Positions 30,185 to 40,337 of a stretch of 64,000 nucleotides of DNA are shown here, one piece after another. Under the pieces are notes generated by a model that saw only the letters and a list, made by a program, of their open reading frames with translations, searched no databases and was not told the origin of the DNA. The number at the start of each line of letters is the position of its first letter. The first letter of the stretch is position 1. A program made the translations under genes and the position numbers. This DNA is from an uncultured archaeon (lineage in GTDB: Archaea; Thermoplasmatota; Thermoplasmata; Thermoplasmatales; Thermoplasmataceae). The stretch lies in contig CP009479.1 in the NCBI GenBank assembly GCA_000965745.1, positions 224,001 to 288,000 of the forward strand. The letters are read 5' to 3'.

Positions 30185-30460
30185 TCTCGAGGTATCCTAG
30201 TCGTCAAAGATACTTTAACTTACCTGTGGAAGGCCGTTTGGGAGTAGAAGCCGCGACTCCTTCTTAAATGGTCAACAAACTGGGTATTGGCCATTTTTGA
30301 AACGTTGCTTTCAATTAGGCACAACTCCCAAATTCCCGTGAAAATAAAAATTGAAGAAACTATCTGGCTGACCTGGAAGAAAAATTGAGATCGGATACAA
30401 GAAACATTGATTTTTGATAATTTGCTTATAAATTATGGAAAATAAAAGGTAAGAACCTTT

Positions 30461-30769
30461 CTATGTTTTCATTATGGCGCCAAGGAATACAAGCAGGCCT
30501 ATGGCGGCCCCGATGATTGCTGCAATCACATAGTATATGGTTGCTACAACAACATTCTGGACAAATCCAGCGTGCCAGTAATATTCCGACCCTAGCACGG
30601 TAACTAAGCCAACGACTATTCCAACAATCAGAAGCACAATTCCAACTGCCCTGCTTTTGCCGCTACCGAAATACGAAGTAAGTATTCCCAGTATAATCAA
30701 AGAGAGTGCGAGCAATGCAAGAACTACCAGTAAAAAAATTTCCCAATTCCACGGATTCCAAGGAGTCAA
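30461..30769 (-). CDS. Small conserved membrane protein
   Basis: Three TM helices, YFGSGKSR loop; GGTGA SD-like site upstream. Confidence 0.75.
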   Translation of the reverse strand: MTPWNPWNWEIFLLVVLALLALSLIILGILTSYFGSGKSRAVGIVLLIVGIVVGLVTVLGSEYYWHAGFVQNVVVATIYYVIAAIIGAAIGLLVFLGAIMKT

Positions 30770-30778
30770 TTATTCACC

Positions 30779-31012
30779 TCACAATTTAATGCCAGTCAGT
30801 GTTTTAGTGTCTATTACGCCTTCTATGGTTCGTATCTGCTCGACGACTGTTTTGCCGAGTTCGCTGTAGTCCTTAGCGTCTATTTTCACGATAAGGTCGT
30901 ATTCTCCAAACAACGGGTGTATCTCAACCACGTAGTTGACTTTTGAGATTTTGTTGTAGACCTCGTGTTCCTTTCCAGGTACTGTGCTAACTAATACAAA
31001 CGCTATGGACAC
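30779..31012 (-). CDS. Stand-alone Lrp/AsnC ligand-binding (RAM) domain
   Basis: 77 aa, AFVLV...FGEYDLIVKI...GVIDTKT. Confidence 0.9.
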   Translation of the reverse strand: MSIAFVLVSTVPGKEHEVYNKISKVNYVVEIHPLFGEYDLIVKIDAKDYSELGKTVVEQIRTIEGVIDTKTLTGIKL

Positions 31013-31140
31013 TTTTGATCACTACTACTTTAAGCTGTAGATTGTTAATAAATATTTCTCAATGTGGTATTTCATTGAATTTTTACGGGGTAGAGGTCAC
31101 TCGCCTTTTACTCATGGCATGCTCGGCAGCCGGCCTGAAA

Positions 31141-32436
31141 TCATTGTGGCGATTCCTTTTCGAGGGAGTCAAGAAATTCTTCCCGGTAAAGGGTTTTCTG
31201 CTCCCCTGTGGTCAGGTCCCTCACAGTCACGGTACCAGATTTTGCCTCCTTGTCGCCTATGATCAGCGCATAAGTGCACCCTGTCGATGCCGCAGCCTTC
31301 ATCTGTGACGAGAGCCCCCTTTCAGAAACCTCCACGACAGCCTTCCTGAACCTCCGGATGGAATTTGCAGTTTCAAAGGCATACGCTTTGTCTCCTCTCA
31401 GCAGGCTTGCAACATAATAGGAGTCTCCATAGGATTCAGGATGCCATTTTCCTGCCCTCTTCATGAGCAGCTCAATCACGACGTCGCCCATTCCAAACCC
31501 TACTGCCGGGATGTCCTGGTCCGAAAGGAGGGCGGCGAGGTTGTTGTACCTTCCCCCTCCCAGAATGGACCTGAATTCCCCCATTATGTCAAAGGCCTCG
31601 AAAACGATGCCCGTGTAGTATGAAAGGCCCCGCACTATTGAAAAGTCATATTTTACGCTGGATTCCGTGTATGTTCCGATCAGCTTTCCCGTGTACATCA
31701 TCCTTTCCATGATATCCTGCCCGATGTCCTCTTCGGGTATGCTGCCCGTAATTTTCTTCTTCAGTTCCCCGACACCGAATGGCTTCGATATCATTTCATG
31801 GAGCTTTTGCGCCTGCTCCCTTGAAGCCCCGGTTTCCATTATTCCTGAAACAAAGGATTCTTCATCTGTCTTCCGGAACCTGTCTATAACAGCAAAGGCC
31901 GCCTGTATATCCGTAATACCCAGGGATTTCAGCAGCTTCTCCGTGATCTCCCGGTTGCTTATCCTTATCTCATACTCCCCGTTCAGTTCAAGTGAGTCCA
32001 GGATGGATGCTGCGAGCCCGATCACTTCAGCATCAGCTTCTGCAGTGTCTGGGCCAAATATGTCGGCATTGAACTGTATGTGCTCCCTGAGCCTTCCTGC
32101 CTGCGGCTCCTCGTATCTCCATAGCTTGGGCGTGCCGTACCACCTTACCGGCCTTGATATGTCCTTTCTTGAGGTGAGCATTCTAACTACAGAAGGTGTG
32201 AATTCCGGGATCATCGTCACTTCCCGCCCTCCTTTGTCAACAAAGGAGTAGGTCTGCGAGACGAGTTCCTCACCAGACTTTATCCTGTAAAGGTCAAGGG
32301 ATTCCAGGCTCGGAACATCAACCTTCAGGAAGCCGAAAATCTCAGCCTGCCTTTCAGCTACACCAAGCAGCCTCTTCCTGGGGCCCATGTCCTCCGGGAA
32401 CTGGTCCCTGAAACCCTTGATCTTTTCAATCTTCAT
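31141..32436 (-). CDS. hisS: Histidyl-tRNA synthetase
   Basis: KGFRD, WRYEEPQAGRLREH, RGLSYYTG, GGGRY. Confidence 0.97.
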   Translation of the reverse strand: MKIEKIKGFRDQFPEDMGPRKRLLGVAERQAEIFGFLKVDVPSLESLDLYRIKSGEELVSQTYSFVDKGGREVTMIPEFTPSVVRMLTSRKDISRPVRWYGTPKLWRYEEPQAGRLREHIQFNADIFGPDTAEADAEVIGLAASILDSLELNGEYEIRISNREITEKLLKSLGITDIQAAFAVIDRFRKTDEESFVSGIMETGASREQAQKLHEMISKPFGVGELKKKITGSIPEEDIGQDIMERMMYTGKLIGTYTESSVKYDFSIVRGLSYYTGIVFEAFDIMGEFRSILGGGRYNNLAALLSDQDIPAVGFGMGDVVIELLMKRAGKWHPESYGDSYYVASLLRGDKAYAFETANSIRRFRKAVVEVSERGLSSQMKAAASTGCTYALIIGDKEAKSGTVTVRDLTTGEQKTLYREEFLDSLEKESPQ

Positions 32437-32568
32437 TCCTGACAGAAATTGCACACCCCCATATTTATTTTCATGATCCTGCCGGAATTCGTGTAAATAA
32501 TATGGCTGTTTAATCTATATTCCAGGCTTACAATAATTATATATATGCACTTGTGTATATAATATGCA

Positions 32569-32904
32569 ATGGACAGGGACAGGGCAAATGAGGTCTATGA
32601 TCTGCTGCGTAACGCAGGATACAGCAGGAACAAGGCCAAGATTCTCGCTCTCCTTGAACAGGTTAAAGGGGCAAGGCTTGAAAGCATGGTTAAGCTCCTC
32701 GGCATAAATTCTTCCAGAGCAAACCAGACCCTGAATTTTCTGCTCTCCCAGGGGTTTGTACAGAGAATGGAAAAGAAGGACACCCCCGGAGTCGGAAGAT
32801 CCTACCACATATACAGGCTCAGGGTCCCGATACAGGAAGTCATAAGGGCAGGAAAGAACAAGATCAAGGTTTACATTTCAGACGACTTTGATATTGACTA
32901 CTGA
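32569..32904 (+). CDS. Winged-HTH transcriptional regulator
   Basis: HTH followed by GFVQR...GVGRSYHIY wing. Confidence 0.7.
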   Translation: MDRDRANEVYDLLRNAGYSRNKAKILALLEQVKGARLESMVKLLGINSSRANQTLNFLLSQGFVQRMEKKDTPGVGRSYHIYRLRVPIQEVIRAGKNKIKVYISDDFDIDY

Positions 32905-32917
32905 CTCCATGGCCATG

Positions 32918-34063
32918 TCATTCCTTGTAGTTTCTATAGGATACGAAGAGCAGTATGTCATAAAGTATTTTTATCCCGCCGCCAAGGAAAAATACTGAAG
33001 AAGCTGCTGTCTCAATAAGCAAGCCGGCTATACCAGGCCCGGGCACCTGCGATCCGTTCCTCACCACGAGGAAGTTTGAATTGCTCCTGATCCTGTGCTC
33101 CGGCGGAATTATGGTATTTATGAAACTGTCCCTGCCCGGGACATCCATCTGGCTTGTGGTCTGCCTGAGGTACAGCATGATCTGGCTCAGCAGCAGGGTG
33201 TGGAAAACAGGGACCATGATCAGGAAGAAATTGCTCACTATGTGGGAATAAACCATTGTGCGTATCAGGCCAAGCCTGTCGGCCAGCATTGAGGCGATTA
33301 TTATTGAAACTGCAGTGACGACATTTATGATGACAAACATCAGTCCTGCCTGGGACAGCGATATGTTGTACACGGCCTTGAACCAGAGTGCAATCACCGA
33401 AGTCACCACCAGGCCTCCCCCGAATGCATCCATCGCGAAGAGGTAGGAGAGTTTCCTGACAGTCTTCAGAGTAGGTTCATCGAATTTTTTCGGGGACTCC
33501 CGCTCAATTTTTTCAGGGAATTTGATCGCAAGGTATGGTATGAATTGCAGGGCCGCAAGAACAAGGTCAATGAGGAAATAAAACTGGAAATTGCCCGAGC
33601 CGTATATGAAAAGTATCAGTGAGGCCAGGGACCCGGCACCGTAGGAAGAGAAATTATAGACGGAGAATGCGTAGTTCTTGCTCCTCTGGGATGGCTCATA
33701 GGTGCTGATTGAGAATTTCTCTATCGTCTCGTTTGCAGTCATGTCACGCCCGGAGAGTGTGATGCCACCAATGATGAGCGCTACAATGAAGAGATAGAAC
33801 CCGCTGGAAAAGAGGAGAATTGCCATTGAAGCAGTAAAGAGGGATGCAAGCAGTAGCATCCTGTTCCTCAGGTTCACCTTCAGGTAGGCGAATGTGTACA
33901 CAAAGACGGTAGAAATAACGACTGCCAGCACAATGACTGCACCAATCCCGAGTGCGGACAATCCCAGCCCTGAGAGGTAAAAAGGCGTGATGACCGCAAT
34001 CATCGTAAGGACGAAGGATCTCACAAATTTTGAGAAGGAAAGGAGGACGCTCTGAAGCTTCAT
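32918..34063 (-). CDS. MFS transporter
   Basis: About twelve TM segments, LADRLG, SQMDVP.R. Confidence 0.9.
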   Translation of the reverse strand: MKLQSVLLSFSKFVRSFVLTMIAVITPFYLSGLGLSALGIGAVIVLAVVISTVFVYTFAYLKVNLRNRMLLLASLFTASMAILLFSSGFYLFIVALIIGGITLSGRDMTANETIEKFSISTYEPSQRSKNYAFSVYNFSSYGAGSLASLILFIYGSGNFQFYFLIDLVLAALQFIPYLAIKFPEKIERESPKKFDEPTLKTVRKLSYLFAMDAFGGGLVVTSVIALWFKAVYNISLSQAGLMFVIINVVTAVSIIIASMLADRLGLIRTMVYSHIVSNFFLIMVPVFHTLLLSQIMLYLRQTTSQMDVPGRDSFINTIIPPEHRIRSNSNFLVVRNGSQVPGPGIAGLLIETAASSVFFLGGGIKILYDILLFVSYRNYKE

Positions 34064-34707
34064 TACAATTCGTGATTCCACGCATTCAATAAATATTTCT
34101 GGATCTGACTGCATGCGAATCGCCAGCCACTCTTGGATGTGGGAACCAGTAGATTAGAGGGTCAATCGTCTCGCACCAGGATATTTAGTTATCACAAATT
34201 ATTGAGGATTATATATATTCTTATACGTAAATGTGCATTAATCATTACATAATTTCTTCAAACGGGCATGGCAGGATCTCCTGTCTTCATTCTCGACAAA
34301 GTGGGATCAGAGGGGGGCAGGCTCATGAACCTGCGTGAACCGGGTGATGCGCCAGGAACTGAGTATTCTCCAGGATACGCTGCACTTGGAGCCACACGTG
34401 GAGAAATTCCGGGAATAGGGATAAACAGGTTGTGGTGAGCCAGCCTGGCAGCGATGCACGATTACCGGAGCCAAAATACAGGAAATGACACCGTCTCCAG
34501 TTATTCATGATGCCAGCATACAGTTGGTTCCTTGTCTGACCGACACGCGATAGGTTGACCGGCCAGATCAGCTTTCCCGGAGATTCTACCGGACCGCTGC
34601 AGGCTGGAAACAGGTGTTTTCCCCCTGGTGGAGGGAGCCCCCATGTAAAAAGGCACTCAATCTCAGGGTTGTCACAAGGATTAACTAATCATTAGGGATG
34701 TTGCAGC

Positions 34708-35853
34708 ATGAACAGACTCCTGATGCATGTGGGGCCGTCCATCGGCAACAGGGATGTCCTTCTTGCCGGTGCAAGAGACAACATCGGTTTTGCGACGAAG
34801 GATTTTGTGCAGGCCATGGGAGATTCCCTGGAAGGCCTGAGAATGGTGATGGGAGTGGGAGGAAAGTTCCAGCCATTCATACTGCCCGGGAGCGGGACCT
34901 CTGCCATGGAGAGTGTTGCTTCATTCCTGCATGAGGGTGACAGGGTGCTCATCATCACAAACGGAATCTTCGGCAACAGGTGGGAAGGCATCTTTTCAAG
35001 ATACAGGGTCAAGTGCGATGTTGTGGGAGCTGAGGCGGGAGAGTCTGTAACTCCGGATATGATCAGGGAGAAAACGGAAGGATCGCATTACAGAATGTCC
35101 TTCATGACCCACGTCGAGACCAGCACAGGTGTCAGGGCGCCTGTTGACAGCCTACTCAAGGAGCTTAAAAAAGTCTCGGACCTCATAACTGTTGATGGAG
35201 TGGCCAGCGCAGGGGGCGAACTTGTTGACGCAGAAAAGAGAGGTATCGATATCTGCCTGACCGCCAGCCAGAAGGCCATTGGTGCACCCCCCGGCGCGGG
35301 GCTGCTCGTCGCATCGGAGAAGGCTATGTCCCAGCTCGCTGACGATTCTCTTGCAGGGTATTCCCTGAACCTGAAAAACTGGCTCCCGATCATGAAAGGC
35401 ATGGAGGAGGGAAGGGGCGGATACTTTGCGACTCCCCCGATTAACACAGTCTTTTCGCTCCAGGAAGCGTTCAGGCTGATTGCCGAAGAGACCATGGCCG
35501 CCAGGCTGGAGCGTCACAAAATGGCTTCCGGGATGTTGAGAGCTGGAATAAGGGGCATGGGAATGGAAGTAGTTGCGGGTGAGGGGATCGAGAGCAATAC
35601 TGTTACAGGTCTGAGGCTCAAGAATTCGAAGCAGAAGGACGTGCTTGAGAAATCCATGAAACTCGGTGTGGAATTCGGCTCCGGAGTTCATCCCGGAGTG
35701 AAGCCTGATTATATCAGGATAGGCCACATGGGATGGGTCCAGGAACACCATGTCCTGAGGGCACTCTCTGTTCTGGAAAGGTCCCTTAAGGCCTCTGGGG
35801 AAAGCATAAAGGCGGCCGAAGGTGTCAAAGCCGCCCAGGAATTCATAACCTGA
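34708..35853 (+). CDS. Alanine-glyoxylate / serine-pyruvate aminotransferase (class V PLP)
   Basis: GSGTSAME, HVETSTG, TASQKA, RIGHMG. Confidence 0.93.
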   Translation: MNRLLMHVGPSIGNRDVLLAGARDNIGFATKDFVQAMGDSLEGLRMVMGVGGKFQPFILPGSGTSAMESVASFLHEGDRVLIITNGIFGNRWEGIFSRYRVKCDVVGAEAGESVTPDMIREKTEGSHYRMSFMTHVETSTGVRAPVDSLLKELKKVSDLITVDGVASAGGELVDAEKRGIDICLTASQKAIGAPPGAGLLVASEKAMSQLADDSLAGYSLNLKNWLPIMKGMEEGRGGYFATPPINTVFSLQEAFRLIAEETMAARLERHKMASGMLRAGIRGMGMEVVAGEGIESNTVTGLRLKNSKQKDVLEKSMKLGVEFGSGVHPGVKPDYIRIGHMGWVQEHHVLRALSVLERSLKASGESIKAAEGVKAAQEFIT

Positions 35854-35856
35854 TCT

Positions 35857-36453
35857 TCAGAAATAGAAGTTCATCGCGGCAAGATTTGCCATCACGAAGA
35901 TAAGCGCTATCTGGAAGAATGCCTGTGACCCTGAAAGCTTGAAATTTATCATGCCCAGCCGCGAGATCTTGCCAACATCGGGCTCCTCTTTCCTGAGTTC
36001 AAGAAATATCCTCAATTCGTTGGGCAGAAATATTCCCAGGCCCTGGATAAGCAGTATTATCACTATCACGCCGGCAGCTATTATCGCGTAATAGTGCAGG
36101 TTGAATATCCCCTCCCATATTGCAAGGTATATTCCCGCAGTTATTGTCACTGAAGAGAGGGAGGGCATGAGGAAGAGCATCATCGGCATCATCTTCTTGA
36201 TGAATTCAACTCTGGCCGGCACGTTCACCTTGGAAAGGACCCTTCCTATTACAATTCCCATGAAGAGGTCTATTCCAGTCCAGAGGGCCCCCATGAGCAC
36301 GTGGACATAATCGAGGTAAAGTTCTTTCCTGGAAACAAGCGCTGCAATAAGAGCGATGACGGGTACAAACAGATACAGAAACGAAGAGCCGCTTACAAGC
36401 TTGTCCTGATTGCTGATGGCAGGCCGGCCACCATCAACAGTGGTAGTTTCCAT
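35857..36453 (-). CDS. Hypothetical membrane protein
   Basis: About five TM segments, YVHV..GALWTG.D. Confidence 0.75.
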   Translation of the reverse strand: METTTVDGGRPAISNQDKLVSGSSFLYLFVPVIALIAALVSRKELYLDYVHVLMGALWTGIDLFMGIVIGRVLSKVNVPARVEFIKKMMPMMLFLMPSLSSVTITAGIYLAIWEGIFNLHYYAIIAAGVIVIILLIQGLGIFLPNELRIFLELRKEEPDVGKISRLGMINFKLSGSQAFFQIALIFVMANLAAMNFYF

Positions 36454-36509
36454 TGATCTGGTTAAAATGTTTCTGTATTAGATGTTTTCCCACACATCCT
36501 TCACACTTC

Positions 36510-37003
36510 ATGGGCCGTATGTTGCCTGCAGGCGTGGAAGAGCACATCAGCAAGGCTTCATGGCCGCTCGGGCCGCCGGTCATGAAATGCGTCCCTGATC
36601 CCGGGGATATGAGGACAGGCGACACAGACAGGAAAATAATCGATGCTCTGAGAAAAGATCCTGCAATGCCTGTCCCTGATCTTTCCCGTACTATCGTGTT
36701 GTCAGGCACTGTCGTTAGAAAAAGGCTGGAGCTGATGGAGAGGAACAGGATGACTTCAGTCATCGCAGAAGTCAACCTGACGAAGATTGACGCTGTTCTC
36801 TACTCAGTGATATCAGGGAATATCAACGATCTCCTGCCAGGGTCCACAGACCAGGTTATTTTCCTGATAACGGACCGGGATAACGGAATACTTGTCTCCC
36901 ATTCAGACAACATGAAGAGCGCCAGAGAACAGATCCTAGGATGAGAAAAACCGATCCGGAAGCATAAGTCATGGTGGTTTACGAGTACGGGTTCAGGAAG
37001 TGA
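36510..37003 (+). pseudogene. Truncated AsnC-like winged-HTH regulator
   Basis: TDRKIIDALRKD...VRKRLELME HTH; stops and frameshifts after 36944. Boundaries approximate. Confidence 0.5.
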
Positions 37004-37107
37004 CGGCGAGCCTTGATAAATTCCAGGGGCAGTCACGGGTCCGGGCAATAGCTTGCATTACAGCGTGACCTTTAATACCATGAGTAAATAATAGATCTGG
37101 AGTTGCA

Positions 37108-37692
37108 ATGACTTTTTTTGACGCCCTATCATTTGGCCACGACCCGGACATCCATTTCGGCAGAAACGTGGAAGACAGCAGGAAGCTTAAGGTCCCGGAA
37201 AGCAGCGGGGGCATGCAGAACCAGTCTCTCGACGTTGAACTCAACTACGACAGAATATTCAGCATTGTGAAGAAGAACGTGAAGAAGCACCTCGGAAAGG
37301 AGAGGTCCGGGCTGGGCCTTGCGCTCTCTGATCTTCCGGCCACACTGGGCGCCTTCTGGCAGGTGGGAGGAAACTACATAGTCATGAACGAGAACCTCGT
37401 AAATGCCATGATGAGAGTATCGTCATCAGTTACTGAATTCAATTCCTATGTTTATGTAATACTTACGCACGAATATCTCCATTCCCTCGGGTATATCGAT
37501 GAGTCAGAAGCCAGGAATGTAACGGAGGAAGTTGTCAGGGCATCCTTTGGTACAGACCATTACGCCTACAGGATGAGTGCAGGAGACATATGGAGGCTGT
37601 ACCCGATGCTGAAGTATGTGAGGGGCGGAAATGGCACAAGCTTCAGGATTGTCAGCACTTTCGACTCTTCATCTACATCCTACATAGGGTGA
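37108..37692 (+). CDS. HExxH zinc-metalloprotease-like hypothetical protein
   Basis: ILTHEYLHSLG...E motif. Confidence 0.75.
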   Translation: MTFFDALSFGHDPDIHFGRNVEDSRKLKVPESSGGMQNQSLDVELNYDRIFSIVKKNVKKHLGKERSGLGLALSDLPATLGAFWQVGGNYIVMNENLVNAMMRVSSSVTEFNSYVYVILTHEYLHSLGYIDESEARNVTEEVVRASFGTDHYAYRMSAGDIWRLYPMLKYVRGGNGTSFRIVSTFDSSSTSYIG

Positions 37693-38267
37693 AAACCTTC
37701 TTCCGGACACCTTCCACATTATAGCAGGTTATTTTGCAATGAATAAAGCAGAATTATCACCGCTGTTGATCCAATAATAGCGGCAGGACGGACAGGTGGG
37801 AATAGATAGCCACAACTCCTCCGTTATTTCATTTCCCGGTGGTTATATTTGCAATGAATATCACGCAGGAGGGTACTGCGAAAAGAGGTTGAGCTGTACC
37901 TGGCTCACGTACTTAGATATGGCTGCGGGAGCACTGAGTGAGAGCACTGTGGATGCGGATACCACAATTTTCCGGATGTCCTCGGGCCTCCCCACCCTAC
38001 CTGAAAGGTGCTGCTCATGATCGATCCTTGAAAAGTTCGGCTTCACCATCAGGAGAAATTCTGGAAGTGCCAAATTCCTCGAAGGCAAACTGCCCGGGCA
38101 GAACATAGACGTGTAGGACAACGAGCCGCCACAGCCTGAACAGGAATGATTATCGCCCGGTTTTCTTGCATGCTGTTGTGAAAAAGGGGGAGATGGAGTA
38201 AAATTCCCTTTTTCCCAAAAACAACCGAGGAAAAATAAATAAACACCTATAATTTAGCTGACACCAC

Positions 38268-39236
38268 ATGAAACCGGATGAAAGCCCTGCTCTAAAGGCT
38301 CTGAAGAATATTTCCTGTCTGATGAACTTTGAAATGCTGGTCTCAAGGCCGGGAATAAGCGAGCCCGATTCGGATTTCATCTGGGCGTCCACCTTCAAGG
38401 CCCCCATCGGGCTGAGTTTTGTCAGGGACGACATATTTTTCAACCTTTTCCTGCCGGAAGGCTCGGAGAGCGATGGAGACAAGAAACTTTTCCTGAAAAG
38501 GGTCGGTGCGAAATTTCAGGATGACCTCTGGCAGGTCAGGAGGAGCATGGACCAGATGAAGGGGCCTTACGGCCAGGGACTCAGGGTTGTCGTTGCAAAC
38601 TTCAGGACCCTCGTGATCGATTATGCCTACATCAAGAATGGCAGGATATATGTTCATTTCACATTCAATGAAGCGGAGCTGGATGATATATCATCGGTGC
38701 TTCTGTCTGTTTCAGGACAGCTTGAAGGCCTGCGTGTCGAGTACATGAAGAGGATCGATGGAGACATCACACTTTTCAAGGGAATAGACGAGATCGATGA
38801 TGTTTCCACTATCACCATTGAGGCAACTCCAACCGGTTCGAGCGCCTCGATGAGGACACGGTACGGCGAGATCTTCTTCGTACTGGGCAATATCAGGGAG
38901 AACGGTGTAAAGGCCATAGGAAGAAGCCCCGTAAACGCCATTCCGGATATAATCAGGCCAGAGGATGTCAACGACATGGGAGGCGGCCTCTTTTCATTCA
39001 GTTCGGGAAACAGACTAATCAACAAGCTTGCAGAGTCCATGGCATCAGACTACGTCGTTCTGTACGGCTTCTACGGCTCGACCGTGAATAGCACAATAAA
39101 CCTGGTGATAAACGTGCCGAGACAGCAGACTGCGGCTGTAATGAGGATCCTGAACAATGCAGTCAAGGATGAGGCAGACTGGAAAGTGAAGCTGAAAGAG
39201 ATCACTTTCTTCAAGGATCTCATTGCCGAAAGGTGA
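38268..39236 (+). CDS. Hypothetical protein
   Basis: 322-aa clean ORF, no recognisable motif. Confidence 0.7.
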   Translation: MKPDESPALKALKNISCLMNFEMLVSRPGISEPDSDFIWASTFKAPIGLSFVRDDIFFNLFLPEGSESDGDKKLFLKRVGAKFQDDLWQVRRSMDQMKGPYGQGLRVVVANFRTLVIDYAYIKNGRIYVHFTFNEAELDDISSVLLSVSGQLEGLRVEYMKRIDGDITLFKGIDEIDDVSTITIEATPTGSSASMRTRYGEIFFVLGNIRENGVKAIGRSPVNAIPDIIRPEDVNDMGGGLFSFSSGNRLINKLAESMASDYVVLYGFYGSTVNSTINLVINVPRQQTAAVMRILNNAVKDEADWKVKLKEITFFKDLIAER

Positions 39237-39253
39237 TTCTTATGCTATATGGC

Positions 39254-39505
39254 TCAACTGGCACTTGCCCTGCTGCGGTTTCCAGCTATTGCAACAGCAA
39301 GTCCGATGGCAGTTATCACAACACCGACTATAACCAGTATTCCGGATGGGCCATAGGATGATGGCGATGGCCCGTAAGCGGATGAGCCTGCAAAACCTGC
39401 AGATATTGCCTTGCTTACAGTGACATACCAGACCCCGGAATAAGCCCATAGGACAACACCCACAACCATAAGGCCGATGCCCAGTCCGACTCTTTTGTCA
39501 ACCAT
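39254..39505 (-). CDS. Small two-TM protein
   Basis: Two hydrophobic helices with a Ser/Gly/Pro loop; AT-rich promoter-like upstream region. Confidence 0.65.
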   Translation of the reverse strand: MVDKRVGLGIGLMVVGVVLWAYSGVWYVTVSKAISAGFAGSSAYGPSPSSYGPSGILVIVGVVITAIGLAVAIAGNRSRASAS

Positions 39506-39687
39506 ATATAATCAAATCAGAAAATAATATATTAATGTGTTGCCGAGTGCAGACATCAATTATTTATTTAATAATATTAACATTCACACAGTGCTGAAGC
39601 TATGATCTGCACTGCCACAGTATTATAACTTTCCTGGCAGATAATCGCGCGTGGAACATGGGAGGCGACTGTTTCTCAACGGGGGCG

Positions 39688-40263
39688 CTATGCCAGCCTC
39701 CCCGTGATCTCACCGTACCTGAAGCAGCGTGTTGTATGGTCATTGACCAGCCCGGTTGCCTGCATGAATGCGTAGCATATTGCTGAACCGGCAAACTTGA
39801 ATCCCCTCTTTTTGAGGTCCTTGCTGAGGACGTCCGACTCAGCCGTCTTCGAGGGGACCTGCGATATTTCTGCCCACCCTTTGTCTATTGGTTTTCCGCC
39901 TACAAATTTCCAGATATATGTGTCGAATGACCCGAATTCTTCCTGCACCTTCAGGAATGCTTCAGCGTTTTGAACAGCTGATGAAATTTTCAGCCTGTTT
40001 CTCACTATTCCCGGGTTGGACTGGAGCTCCTTTATCCTTGATTCGCTGTAAACTGCAACCTTTGAAGGATCGAAGTTTGAGAAGGCGTCTCTGTACCCGT
40101 CCCTCTTCTGTAGAATAGTCTTCCAGCTGAGTCCTGCCTGGGCCCCCTCAAGTACCAGGAACTCAAAGAATGTTTGGTCGTCGTGCACCGGGACGCCCCA
40201 TTCTCTGTCGTGGTATTCAACATAGAGGGGATCATCCGGAGGTACCCATTCACATCTTTTCAT
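39688..40263 (-). CDS. tag: DNA-3-methyladenine glycosylase I
   Basis: RC.W, YHDREWG, EGAQAGLSW, GLVNDH...C. Confidence 0.95.
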   Translation of the reverse strand: MKRCEWVPPDDPLYVEYHDREWGVPVHDDQTFFEFLVLEGAQAGLSWKTILQKRDGYRDAFSNFDPSKVAVYSESRIKELQSNPGIVRNRLKISSAVQNAEAFLKVQEEFGSFDTYIWKFVGGKPIDKGWAEISQVPSKTAESDVLSKDLKKRGFKFAGSAICYAFMQATGLVNDHTTRCFRYGEITGRLA

Positions 40264-40337
40264 CAGGCAGGTTAAAAGGTGAAGATGCTATTTAAATTGA
40301 GTTCTCCAGCCGGGTTTCATGACTCAGTACGGGTGGG

